NCBI GenBank assembly: GCA_963701295.1
Contig: OY969585.1
Location: forward strand, 160,001-224,000
Origin: Ignavibacteriota bacterium
Lineage (GTDB): Bacteria; Bacteroidota; Ignavibacteria; UBA10030
Direction of reading: 5' to 3'
Length of the DNA stretch: 64,000 nt
Below the pieces are notes generated by a model that was given only the letters and a program-made list of their open reading frames with translations, had not been told where the DNA came from and did not search any database. Numbering within the stretch: the stretch's first letter is position 1; each line of letters begins with the position of its first letter. The translations under genes and the position numbers were made by a program. Positions 9,932 to 20,162 of the stretch are shown in pieces.

Positions 9932-11800
9932 ATGCAACCACAAAAAGGAATCTATTTGAGATATCCTCTGTATTTGTTTTTTCTCACTCTCATTGTAATG
10001 TTTGATACGCAAGCACAAGATCAGGATTCTATAACGATAGAACTTCAACCCTTGGTTGTTACTGCTAATCGAATCCCAACAAATGCCCTATACGTGAGTC
10101 GATCCATCGATCTAATCGACGAGCAAACCATTCAAAAATCTGGAGCATCATGCCTGGAAGAGTTGCTCCAAATAGAAGCAAACGTTGATATCCAACCGCG
10201 TGGAATTTTTGGCGTCCAATCGGATGCAAGCATCCGCGGTGCATTGTTCAGTCAGCAACTCATGCTTCTCAATGGGACACGCATGAACGATGCACAAACG
10301 GCGCATCATAATTTTGACCTCCCTCTTTCATTGGATCAAATTGAACGGATTGAAGTACTCAAGGGGGCTGGTTCTGCTCTCTACGGGCCAGATGCTTATG
10401 GAGGTGTAATTAATATCGTCACAAGAAAACCTGACAAGCAATCGCTCTCGTTGAAGTTGAGTGGAGGTGAGTACGGCTTAATAAATGGCTGTGGGAGCTA
10501 CGATTTTTCTTCTCCCAATATTCATTCATCAAACACCATTGAGCACCGACGCTCAGATGGTTATCAATTCGATACCGATTTTAAGATTACAAGTATTTCA
10601 TCAAACAACACTGTGGATCTTCCCCTGGGGACTTACTCAGTGTTTGGAGGCTATACCAATAAAGCATTTGGCGCATTTAATTTTTACGGACCGTCACCAT
10701 CAAAAGAGTGGACAGAGACAACATTCTTAAGTGCAACGACAAAAATTTCGTTCCCTTCATCCATCATAGAACCAAAATTTTCGTACCGAAGGCATTATGA
10801 TAAATTCATGTATGATCTTCGTACACCAGATCAATTCGTCAACATCAATACAACAAACTCTTACAACGGTGACCTTCAATCTGTCATTCAGGTCAATGAA
10901 TCCGTTTCTTGGATTATAGGAGTCGAAGGAAATAGTGAAGACGTCACAAGCACTAATCTCAAGAATCATCAACGATCTTCTCTTGGATTCCTTGCAACAA
11001 TGCATAGTATACTCCAGAATACTATTCTCATGGATTACGGAATGCGAGAGGATATTCATTCGGATTATGGCAACCAATTTAATCCGACATTCAATGTGGG
11101 ATATCTCTTTTCAACAATGTTTAAGTTATTCTTGACAGCAGGGCGTTCTTTTCGTGCACCAAGTTATACAGAACTGTATTATACCAGCCCCTCAAGAATT
11201 GGAAATCCGAATTTAAAACCAGAGACTGGATGGTCGTATGAAGTGGGTACTGATTTCTTTTTTCGTCCACAAATAAAATTCTCTTCTTCAGTGTTTGAGC
11301 GTGATCAAGAGAACCTTATAGACTATGTTGAATTTTCTTCTTCTGATATTGCTTATCATGCAACAAATTTTTCTTCTGCTGTAACTCGCGGTGTTGAGGC
11401 GTCGCTCCAATGGAAAGATGGGTTCTCTGCAGATCGAGAATCAGCAAATGATTTCACTCTCCAGAGCCTTCTTGTAAGCTATACATATTTGGATTCTCGT
11501 ATCGACATAGGAAACGTATACAGCTCACTATACAGCTTCACGCATCCGAAGCATCAATTCAATGCAGTGGCCACTGGAACTCTGCTTCTTTCCATTCATG
11601 GAACAATCAGTGCCACACATAAAATTAAGTTAGATGGAACAAATTATACGCTCATAGAGGCAAAAGTAAACAAATCGTTTTCACACACAAATGTATTTAT
11701 TCAGGGAACGAACCTGTTGAATCAATCGTATGTAGAAATCGTTGGTGTTCCACTGCCAGGACGGTGGTTGTGGGCTGGAGTTGAACTCAAAGTTTTATAG
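9932..11800 (+). CDS. TonB-dependent receptor (BtuB-like plug, ligand unknown)
   Basis: LVVTANR TonB-box region; IERIEVLKGAGSALYGPDAYGGVINIVT; GNPNLKPE. Confidence 0.9.
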   Translation: MQPQKGIYLRYPLYLFFLTLIVMFDTQAQDQDSITIELQPLVVTANRIPTNALYVSRSIDLIDEQTIQKSGASCLEELLQIEANVDIQPRGIFGVQSDASIRGALFSQQLMLLNGTRMNDAQTAHHNFDLPLSLDQIERIEVLKGAGSALYGPDAYGGVINIVTRKPDKQSLSLKLSGGEYGLINGCGSYDFSSPNIHSSNTIEHRRSDGYQFDTDFKITSISSNNTVDLPLGTYSVFGGYTNKAFGAFNFYGPSPSKEWTETTFLSATTKISFPSSIIEPKFSYRRHYDKFMYDLRTPDQFVNINTTNSYNGDLQSVIQVNESVSWIIGVEGNSEDVTSTNLKNHQRSSLGFLATMHSILQNTILMDYGMREDIHSDYGNQFNPTFNVGYLFSTMFKLFLTAGRSFRAPSYTELYYTSPSRIGNPNLKPETGWSYEVGTDFFFRPQIKFSSSVFERDQENLIDYVEFSSSDIAYHATNFSSAVTRGVEASLQWKDGFSADRESANDFTLQSLLVSYTYLDSRIDIGNVYSSLYSFTHPKHQFNAVATGTLLLSIHGTISATHKIKLDGTNYTLIEAKVNKSFSHTNVFIQGTNLLNQSYVEIVGVPLPGRWLWAGVELKVL

Positions 11801-11811
11801 AGGCCGACACT

Positions 11812-12441
11812 ATGAAACGCGCACTCATTCTTGCGAATGGTAATCCACCCAGTAAACAGCTCTTTAGAAAACATTTGTTATCGGCTGATTGGTTCGTTTG
11901 TGCAGATGGTGGAGCAAACACCGCTGTTCGTTTCGGCAGCATTCCGCACCTTATCATCGGCGATCTCGATTCTGTGCGAAAGGAAACCCTTCGCGTTTTC
12001 AGCAAAGTTGAAATACAGAAACTGAAAGATCAGAATTCTACTGATTTGGAAAAAGCACTGATTGGAGCAATACGAAAAAAGTGTACTGAAATCGTAGTAC
12101 TAGGAGCGACAGGCGGGCGGCTTGATCATGCTATCGGAAATCTTAGTGCGCTTGCAAAGTTTTCGCGTAAAACGGCTATTAAATTCGTTGACGACACCGG
12201 AGAGTTCATACCCGTCGGTCACAAGTTAAATATTACTCTCGCTGTAGGAACAAGTATATCGCTTCTTCCACTTTCTCGATGCAGCGCGATCGTCACTACA
12301 GGATTAAAATGGAACCTCAGCAATGAATCGCTTCAACTTGGCATTCGCGAAAGTACGAGCAATCTTGTGGTCTCATCTCATGTGAATATTAAGGTCCGCA
12401 GCGGTGATCTTATCGCCTTCGTGATGAATCTTTTAAAATAA
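11812..12441 (+). CDS. thiN: Thiamine diphosphokinase
   Basis: CADGGAN, IIGDLDS, DQNSTDLEKA, GATGGRLDH, GLKWNL, STSN motifs. Confidence 0.95.
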   Translation: MKRALILANGNPPSKQLFRKHLLSADWFVCADGGANTAVRFGSIPHLIIGDLDSVRKETLRVFSKVEIQKLKDQNSTDLEKALIGAIRKKCTEIVVLGATGGRLDHAIGNLSALAKFSRKTAIKFVDDTGEFIPVGHKLNITLAVGTSISLLPLSRCSAIVTTGLKWNLSNESLQLGIRESTSNLVVSSHVNIKVRSGDLIAFVMNLLK

Positions 12442-12506
12442 TCACAGCATGTTCACTCGCCTCAATAAGTTAGTATCCATCGGAAACACACAAGGATTAC
12501 TAAACC

Positions 12507-13955
12507 ATGAATAACGAGCAATTACAAATTCCAGGCATTCAATCGCCTATGGTTCATCTTTCTTTTATCGATATCGGACTCATCATTCTTTATTTTGCCG
12601 CTGTCGTCTTTATCGGATTTCGAGCGATGCGAAAACGAAAATCCGGTGCAGATGATTATCTTCTCGCAAGCCGCACGCTGACACTACCGATGTTTGTGGC
12701 AACACTTGTTTCCACCTGGTATGGAGGAATTCTCGGTGTTGGAGAATATTCCTATCGGTTTGGCATCTCCAACTGGATTGTCTTTGGGGTTCCATATTAT
12801 ATCTTTGCTTTCGTCTTTGCAATATTCCTCGCAAAGAAAGTTCGTGCGACAAATCTTTTCACAATCCCTGATAAACTTGAGCAGGCATACGATAAGCGAA
12901 CTGCAATTGCCGGTGGTATTCTCACATTCTTCCTCGTAACACCAGCCGCATACGTCCTGATGCTCGGCATTCTCGCGCAGCTCATTTTCGGTATCAACCT
13001 GACTTTTTGTGTTATCTTCGCTACATTTCTTACCGTCGTATATCTTTACAAAGGCGGCTTTCGCTCAGATGTCTGGGTGAATGCATTCGAGTTTGTTTTG
13101 ATGTTTGTCGGCTTTGCCCTCATCGTGATTTTTTCATATTCCAAATTTGGCGGATTAGATTTCATTCGTGCACACGTTCCCCCGCTTCATCTCACCTGGC
13201 ACGGAGGCAAAAGCATCGGATTCATTACTGTCTGGTTTTTCATTGCACTTTGGACGCTTGTCGATCCAGCATTTCATCAACGATGTTATGCAGCAAAAGA
13301 TGGTGCGACGGCTAAACGCGGTATCCTTATTTCCATTATCTTTTGGTTCGTCTTCGATTTTATGACAACTATGGCGGGACTATATTCACGGGCAGTTCTT
13401 CCACCATTGAAAGAACCGATGTTCTCCTATCCCTTGCTTGCTGACGTGGCTTTACCAGTCATTATAAAAGGAATATTTTTTATTGGAATGTGTGCAGCTA
13501 TCATGTCCTCTCTCAGCAGCTTGACACTCATTTCTGCTATTACAGTTGGTAAAGATATTGTTGGGAGATTAAAAAATGCCGGGCATGATTCTGATATTGT
13601 AAAACGATGGACAAAAATAGGCCTCGTGCTCTCTGCGCTCTTTTCAATTCTCCTCGCTCTCATCGTGCCTTCCGTCGTTACAATTTGGTACACTATTGGT
13701 TCATGCATTATCCCAGGATTATTGGTGCCCGTGTTGGCGAGTTACTTTGATCGGTTGAAGATTCCAGCAGTGTATGCATTCGGAGCAATGATGAATGGTT
13801 GGTTCATGTCGACGGCAAGTCTCATTTCTGGACATCTTTATTCCTCCAATGGTATTCCAGCATATTGGTATGGCATTGAGCCAATGTATCCTGGATTATT
13901 TTTCGCGCTTTTTTGGTGGGGATTGGGAAAGCTAGAAAAACCGCACACAACTTAA
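12507..13955 (+). CDS. Sodium:solute symporter family protein, probable thiamine importer
   Basis: DYLLASR, ATLVSTWYGG, GGFRSDV, QRCYAAK, AAIMSS; many TM helices; real start may be 12549. Confidence 0.85.
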   Translation: MNNEQLQIPGIQSPMVHLSFIDIGLIILYFAAVVFIGFRAMRKRKSGADDYLLASRTLTLPMFVATLVSTWYGGILGVGEYSYRFGISNWIVFGVPYYIFAFVFAIFLAKKVRATNLFTIPDKLEQAYDKRTAIAGGILTFFLVTPAAYVLMLGILAQLIFGINLTFCVIFATFLTVVYLYKGGFRSDVWVNAFEFVLMFVGFALIVIFSYSKFGGLDFIRAHVPPLHLTWHGGKSIGFITVWFFIALWTLVDPAFHQRCYAAKDGATAKRGILISIIFWFVFDFMTTMAGLYSRAVLPPLKEPMFSYPLLADVALPVIIKGIFFIGMCAAIMSSLSSLTLISAITVGKDIVGRLKNAGHDSDIVKRWTKIGLVLSALFSILLALIVPSVVTIWYTIGSCIIPGLLVPVLASYFDRLKIPAVYAFGAMMNGWFMSTASLISGHLYSSNGIPAYWYGIEPMYPGLFFALFWWGLGKLEKPHTT

Positions 13956-14053
13956 AATCGAACATCTATTGAGAAGAATCTAGAACGTGGAAAGGTTGTC
14001 GTATTACTGGAGCATCACGAACTACTTTGTGACGCTCTTGTATGACTTTTGAG

Positions 14054-16603
14054 CTATAACTTTGTTGCCACAACCGCCACCGCTTTCGCCCGCTCAACTC
14101 TGCCGCTTGATCGGTCGGTCGCTTCAAGGTAAACAATATAAACTCCAATCCGAGCCCTTTGCCTGCTCTCATCAAACCCATCCCAAATAATTTCGCCTTT
14201 TGCTCCGATGAATTCACAATTCGCAAGCGTTCGAATACATCTACCTTTTATATCATAAATTCTTATGTTCAACATCGAAGCGAGCATCGGCAAATTATAA
14301 TGAATTATGCAATAATCTTCGAAGCCATCGCCGTCGGGAGAGAATGGATTGGGTGAAATAGAAATCGAAGAGTTGCTCACTATGCTTGTCGTCATCACGC
14401 TGTTGATCTTTCCTGGTGTTCCGCCCACAATGTTCGTACACGTACTCCAATTCCGCGGATCATTCGTGGCTATGTTCGGATTAATACGCTCCAGGGATCG
14501 TCCGCGTGTATCAACGACATCCGGATTATGCCAGCAAGGCAAGTATGCAACGCTGTCGATAGTTTGACCTGTGAGATCTTTCAACACAATCGCATCGCCA
14601 TCGTTGTTAAAACTAAATCCACCAGAACGATTAAGAATGGATAAAGAGATATCGGGATGAGGGCTTCCCAAATTTGGAAAGATATTACACATCGACGATT
14701 CTGCGGCAACAACAGCAAATCCTCCAGAGAGCACCGTTATTGTGGAGTCCGATATGACGAACGAATTGATACCGCTCGAAGTTGCCCTGTCATTAAATGT
14801 CCAATGTGCAAGATCGACTGGTTGAGAACTTCGATTAAATAATTCCAGCCATTCATTCTGGCCGTCGAGAGGATCATACATTATTTCATTAATAATAAGT
14901 GAGCATGGTTCATAACCGATTTTGACCGTAACCGAAGCTCGATTGTTCCTCAACCGTTCATCGCTCCAATTCTCAGCGACGACCACAACACTTATTTCGC
15001 CTGCGGCAAGCTGCGGCAATGATTCGGATATCTGCACTGAATCACCTGCTAAGATTCTTTGAGTCGAAACAACACTCTGCAATAATTCCGATGGGTCTGG
15101 ATACAGAGAACGATTGCGATCCGCATAGAAATGTACAATGACACTATCGATTGCTTGTCTTCCGATGTTCTGAATAGTCACATTGAGAATGGATATCATT
15201 TTCCCATTGGATACAATTCGTGTTTGCCTCAGATTACTTATTGCGAGATCATAGTCTAACCGCGCAATACTATTGATCCTTCCAGGAGTGCAACCTAGTG
15301 AATCCTGAGATGTTCCCCAATTTGCAGCCGAAATGCTTGATGTATAGAGATCGATCCGCTCAAGTGATTTTCCATTTTGTCCCCCCCAGCTCGGTTGATA
15401 CATAACACTATCGATCGAACGCGATAATGCATCATAAAGAACGACAGCATCGGGAGTAGTATTATTTAATGTTGAAAAATTAGCTATAACAGAGAATGCT
15501 CCTGGATGTATCGTACTAAAACTCGAATCCTTTGCTACGACGAGATAAGAATTCGGAACCATAAATATGTCAGTCGTCGAGATAACAGATTTTTTTGAAC
15601 CATTGCTATCCGAGATTCTCCAATTCTTCAAATTGATTGAGTCGGGAGCAGCATTATAGAATTCCACCCATTCCGGTTCATCGCCAGTTGGTGCATACAT
15701 AATTTCATTGACGAGCAAGTCACCTTTCATGCACTGAATATGGACGCTTACGTGCACGGTGTCATTCGCATTATTTTCGTCTTGAGAAAATCCGATAACA
15801 GCTATGAAACAATGTTCGCCCGCCTTTATTGGTGGATGCGTTGTTTCACAAATTAGAGAATCGCCGGGGCTAAGTGAAAGTCCACCAATCACAGAGAATT
15901 GTTCACCTGACTCCGCAATACCATTGCAATTATCATCAGAAAAGAATTGAACCGAGAAGCTGGATACTGCAAGCGATCCATAATTCTTGACACAAACAGA
16001 AAGAGACAGTGCGTCCTTGCGAGTCGCGTTGGCCGGAGAAACAACCATCGATGTTATTCCAATATCCAATCCGGCTGAGACGGTTAATGATACATCATCA
16101 ATCCGCAGAACTCCGGTAGTGTTGGTGTTATCTCCAAGCAACTGCCATCGGAACCGGACATTCGATTGATGCTGTAACCCGCTTCCTTCAAGATTGACAA
16201 TACGCTGGACGTAGCCGGAAGTTGAAGTAATCGTCTCATAGTGAGCTAAGAGAATGCTGAAGTCCGTTCCATCAAGAGCTGCACGTACTTCACAACGATA
16301 TGACGCTGCCGTGCTTGATCGCCGCTCCCAAAAGTTCAGTTTTCCCGGAATGCGGTCTGTAAAATCAAAGATAGGCGAAGTAATAGATTTCATTACAGTA
16401 TTGCCTGTTGTAGAGATACAATTGGGAGATGATCGGAATGTGGAAGTATTCATAATAAATCCATTGACACTCCAACCTGTTGGTAATGCCGGGGCTGTGA
16501 CACCATCAAAGGATTCTGAATATGGAAAGGATACAACCTGCGCTTCTAATGATATAGAAGCACAAATAAATATAAAAATTGCAATGAAAATGAGACATTT
16601 CAT
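14054..16603 (-). CDS. Secreted lamin-tail-domain/CARDB protein with a FlgD/CHU_C-like T9SS C-terminal domain
   Basis: Two [V/I]NEIMY..EW.E..N LTD repeats, each ending SLERI..TPG.INS; two CARDB-like modules; C-terminal PNPFSPDGDG; start MKCLIF preferred (ORF track 16681). Confidence 0.8.
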   Translation of the reverse strand: MKCLIFIAIFIFICASISLEAQVVSFPYSESFDGVTAPALPTGWSVNGFIMNTSTFRSSPNCISTTGNTVMKSITSPIFDFTDRIPGKLNFWERRSSTAASYRCEVRAALDGTDFSILLAHYETITSTSGYVQRIVNLEGSGLQHQSNVRFRWQLLGDNTNTTGVLRIDDVSLTVSAGLDIGITSMVVSPANATRKDALSLSVCVKNYGSLAVSSFSVQFFSDDNCNGIAESGEQFSVIGGLSLSPGDSLICETTHPPIKAGEHCFIAVIGFSQDENNANDTVHVSVHIQCMKGDLLVNEIMYAPTGDEPEWVEFYNAAPDSINLKNWRISDSNGSKKSVISTTDIFMVPNSYLVVAKDSSFSTIHPGAFSVIANFSTLNNTTPDAVVLYDALSRSIDSVMYQPSWGGQNGKSLERIDLYTSSISAANWGTSQDSLGCTPGRINSIARLDYDLAISNLRQTRIVSNGKMISILNVTIQNIGRQAIDSVIVHFYADRNRSLYPDPSELLQSVVSTQRILAGDSVQISESLPQLAAGEISVVVVAENWSDERLRNNRASVTVKIGYEPCSLIINEIMYDPLDGQNEWLELFNRSSQPVDLAHWTFNDRATSSGINSFVISDSTITVLSGGFAVVAAESSMCNIFPNLGSPHPDISLSILNRSGGFSFNNDGDAIVLKDLTGQTIDSVAYLPCWHNPDVVDTRGRSLERINPNIATNDPRNWSTCTNIVGGTPGKINSVMTTSIVSNSSISISPNPFSPDGDGFEDYCIIHYNLPMLASMLNIRIYDIKGRCIRTLANCEFIGAKGEIIWDGFDESRQRARIGVYIVYLEATDRSSGRVERAKAVAVVATKL

Positions 16604-16689
16604 CGGTGGCGCGTCCGATTTTATTATGATTGATAAAATAATAATAACAATTAGCGAATAGTGCAAGAGAAGTATATCCATTTTTTCTA

Positions 16690-16718
16690 CTGCTTTTGTG
16701 ATGCCTTCTTTCTATCTT
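16690..16718 (+). promoter_or_regulatory. Putative promoter for pepT-OPT
   Basis: CTGCTT-N17-TATCTT, same pattern as other promoters in the window. Confidence 0.4.
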
Positions 16719-16789
16719 AACGCACTAATATTTCGTGTAAGATGAGATAGAATTCTGTTCTGCAATCCCTTTGTAAGAAAGGACACATT

Positions 16790-18025
16790 ATGGCCGAAAC
16801 CGTTCTTGATAAGTTTCTTCGCTATGTCGTCATCGACACACAATCGAAAGAAGACTCCGAGTCTTACCCTAGCACCGCCAAGCAGTTTGACCTGCTCAAT
16901 TTACTGGTCAAAGAGTTAAAAGGCCTCGGTGTACCGCAAATAAGCATTGACGAACATGGATATGTGATGGGAGCACTATCAGCGAATATTTCAACAAAAG
17001 TCCCTGCCATCGGATTTGTCGCACACGTGGACACCTCACCAGAAGTCAGCGGCGCAAATGTAAAACCGCAGATCATCAAAGAGTATAAAGGCGGTGATAT
17101 TGTCCTACCCGGAGATTCAAATATTGTCATTCGGGAATCTGAAAATCCGGCACTGAAAACGGCATTAGGTAAAATGATCGTAACAAGCGACGGTACAACA
17201 TTGCTTGGTGCAGATGACAAAGCGGGCATTGCCATTATCATGACTGCTATCCAACAATTAATCGCCAATCCAAAAATTCCGCATGGAGAGATTAAGGTTG
17301 GTTTCACTCCGGATGAAGAAGTTGGAGCAGGGACAAAGTTCTTTGACATCAAAAAGTTCGGGGCGCAATTCGCTTATACACTCGACGGCGATACCGCCGG
17401 TGAATTGAACAAAGAGACCTTCAGCGCCAATTCATGCCTTATTACTGTTCATGGCCGCGACATCCATCCGGGCAGCGCAAAAAACATCATGATCAATTCC
17501 GTCCGTATCATTTCTGAAATCATCGCTCGCCTGCCAAAACACCAGGCACCGGAGACAACGGAAGGATATGAACCCTACATCCATCCATATGTGCTCGAAG
17601 GCGGCGTAGGTAAATCAACAGTAAAACTTCTCTTCCGAGATTTTCAAACGACAGGGTTAGAAAATTTAAAGAAGATCGTGGAAAAAGTTGTTGCCGAAGT
17701 TCAGCCATTATATCCGAAAGCAAAAATAGAAATTCAAACCAATGAACAGTATAGAAATATGCGGGAAGAGTTAGAGAAAGATACTCGCGTGATCGATTAT
17801 CTCTATGAAGCAACGAAACGTTCCGGATTACAACCCTTATGGACTCCCATCCGGGGCGGTACAGATGGTTCACTACTTACTGCAAACGGTTTGCCGACAC
17901 CAAACATCTTTACCGGTGGAGCAAATTATCATAGCTGTACTGAATGGGTTAATGTATGGGGAATGGAAAAAGCAGTGGAAACAGTTTTGAATCTAGTGCA
18001 AATTTGGGTTGAAAAGAGTAAGTAA
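16790..18025 (+). CDS. pepT: Peptidase T (tripeptide aminopeptidase, M20B)
   Basis: FLRYV.IDTQS, AHVDTS, LLGADDKAG, FTPDEEVG, PIRGGTDG. Confidence 0.95.
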   Translation: MAETVLDKFLRYVVIDTQSKEDSESYPSTAKQFDLLNLLVKELKGLGVPQISIDEHGYVMGALSANISTKVPAIGFVAHVDTSPEVSGANVKPQIIKEYKGGDIVLPGDSNIVIRESENPALKTALGKMIVTSDGTTLLGADDKAGIAIIMTAIQQLIANPKIPHGEIKVGFTPDEEVGAGTKFFDIKKFGAQFAYTLDGDTAGELNKETFSANSCLITVHGRDIHPGSAKNIMINSVRIISEIIARLPKHQAPETTEGYEPYIHPYVLEGGVGKSTVKLLFRDFQTTGLENLKKIVEKVVAEVQPLYPKAKIEIQTNEQYRNMREELEKDTRVIDYLYEATKRSGLQPLWTPIRGGTDGSLLTANGLPTPNIFTGGANYHSCTEWVNVWGMEKAVETVLNLVQIWVEKSK

Positions 18026-18099
18026 GGAAACAGATAAAATGCATCCCTCATAACTGACGACTGAATACTTTTTACCTGAAAGCAATACAAGGAGTACCC

Positions 18100-20100
18100 A
18101 TGAAACAACAGGAAACGTCGGTAAGCGTTCTTCCAGAAAATGCATATAAAGAATTAAAGCCGGGTGAAGAGTACCGTCCAATTATGGTACCGGAAAAAAC
18201 ATACCCGGAAGTGACTATTTGGTCGGTGACATGGGGATTAGTGATGGCAGTCCTATTTTCCGCAGCCGCAGCTTATTCAGGATTGAAAATTGGACAAGTA
18301 TTTGAGGCGGCAATCCCAATTGCGATTCTTGCCGTCGGTATAACAGGTATCGCAAAAAAGAAGAACGGCCTTGGTCAAAATGTGATTATCCAGTCCATAG
18401 GAGCAGCGTCTGGCGTTGTTGTAGCAGGCGCTATCTTTACAATTCCAGCACTTTATATTCTTGCTCTTCCGGCGAGCTACTTTCAAATGTTTATGGCATC
18501 TGCTCTCGGCGGATTTCTTGGTATTCTTTTTCTTATTCCGTTCCGAAAATATTTCGTAAAAGACATGCACGGTACACTTCCCTTTCCTGAAGCAACAGCA
18601 ACAACAGAAATTCTTGTTGCCGGCGAACAAGGAGGCAAGCAAGCAATGGTACTTGTTGTCAGCGGTCTTATCGGCGGATTATTTGATTTCGTTTTCAGTG
18701 CATTCGGAGCATGGTCGGAAGTTATTACATCACGGATGTTCAGCTGGGGTGAGATACTTTCTGATAAATTTAAGATGGTCTTAAAGGTGGACGTTTCTGC
18801 AATGGTCTTCGGACTCGGTTATATTATCGGATTGAAATATGCTGCGATCATTGCGGCAGGTTCATTCCTCTCGTGGTTTGTTATGGTACCATTAGTGTAC
18901 GAAATTGGTCAACATCTTTCTGGCCCACTCGGTGCAACAGCAACAAAACTCATCTCTCACATGAGTCCGGAAGAAATTTTCCGCACCTATGTTCGCCAAA
19001 TTGGTATTGGCGGTATCGCGATGGCTGGCATCATCGGCATCATTCGTTCCTCTAAAATCATTGCCGGCGCATTCTCGCTTGCCTATAAGGAAATCACCCG
19101 TCATAAAACCGATAGCGAGGAAAAAACGCTCCGCACGCTAACAGACATCCGTATGCTCTGGGTCGTTGTACTGATTCTTCTAACGGCAATTGTGATCTTT
19201 GCGTTCTTTGTCCTCGGTGTAGTTCCCACACTCGGACAGGCAATTGTATCCCTGCTGGTTGTAACAATTATTTCTTTCCTGTTTACGACGGTCGCTGCAA
19301 ATGCAACAGCTATTGTCGGAACCAACCCGGTTTCTGGAATGACCTTGATGACATTAATTCTCTCTTCATTAGTACTGACACAAATCGGATTGAGCGGCGA
19401 TTCCGGAATGGTGAGCGCATTGATTATCGGCGGTGTCGTGTGTACTGCACTTTCGGTTGCCGGCGGATTCGTTACCGATCTGAAAGTCGGTTACTGGCTC
19501 GGCTCAACACCAAAGAAACAAGAAATGTGGAAATTCCTCGGCGTGCTTGTATCCGCAGCAACAGTCGGTGGAGTCATTCTCATTCTGAATCGAGCGTATG
19601 GATTCACAGGCGATCAAGCAATGGTTGCACCGCAGGCAAACGCTATGGCAGCAGTTATCAAACCTCTCATGTCGAACGCACAAACGCCATGGGTGTTATA
19701 CATTGTCGGCGCGGTGATAGCGTTGCTTTTAGTGATTCTCAAAGTTCCACCGTTAGCATTTGCTCTCGGGATGTACATTCCGCAGGAGCTTAACACACCG
19801 TTACTGTTTGGCGGATTCATTGCATGGTTCGTTTCGACACGTACAAAAAATGAGAAGCTAAACAACGCCCGCTTCCAACGAGGTACGCTGATCGCCTCCG
19901 GCTTCATCGCAGGCGGTGCATTGTTTGGTGTGTTCAACGCCTTTCTGAAATTTATTGACCAGCAGTGGTCGTTCGGATATACCAACTGGTACTTCACACA
20001 GTGGGCAGAATCTACCAACGGCGAGATTGCAGGCTTAGCGGCATTTGTATTGCTGTTTGCGTACGCGCTGTGGGATTCGATGCGGGGAAAAGAAGAATGA
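18100..20100 (+). CDS. Oligopeptide transporter, OPT family
   Basis: GLKIGQVFEAAIPIA, LPFPEATA, NPVSGMTLMTL, DLKVGYWLG, APQANAMA. Confidence 0.92.
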   Translation: MKQQETSVSVLPENAYKELKPGEEYRPIMVPEKTYPEVTIWSVTWGLVMAVLFSAAAAYSGLKIGQVFEAAIPIAILAVGITGIAKKKNGLGQNVIIQSIGAASGVVVAGAIFTIPALYILALPASYFQMFMASALGGFLGILFLIPFRKYFVKDMHGTLPFPEATATTEILVAGEQGGKQAMVLVVSGLIGGLFDFVFSAFGAWSEVITSRMFSWGEILSDKFKMVLKVDVSAMVFGLGYIIGLKYAAIIAAGSFLSWFVMVPLVYEIGQHLSGPLGATATKLISHMSPEEIFRTYVRQIGIGGIAMAGIIGIIRSSKIIAGAFSLAYKEITRHKTDSEEKTLRTLTDIRMLWVVVLILLTAIVIFAFFVLGVVPTLGQAIVSLLVVTIISFLFTTVAANATAIVGTNPVSGMTLMTLILSSLVLTQIGLSGDSGMVSALIIGGVVCTALSVAGGFVTDLKVGYWLGSTPKKQEMWKFLGVLVSAATVGGVILILNRAYGFTGDQAMVAPQANAMAAVIKPLMSNAQTPWVLYIVGAVIALLLVILKVPPLAFALGMYIPQELNTPLLFGGFIAWFVSTRTKNEKLNNARFQRGTLIASGFIAGGALFGVFNAFLKFIDQQWSFGYTNWYFTQWAESTNGEIAGLAAFVLLFAYALWDSMRGKEE

Positions 20101-20109
20101 CTTTTCGAT

Positions 20110-20159
20110 AACCTTGTTAAAGTTACCTGATCTCAAACCGAGAGAACTTTGACAATGTT
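20110..20159. repeat. REP-like hairpin between convergent genes
   Basis: AACCTTGTTAAAGTT ... AACTTTGACAATGTT imperfect arms with an inner TCTC/GAGA stem. Confidence 0.6.
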
Positions 20160-20162
20160 CTC

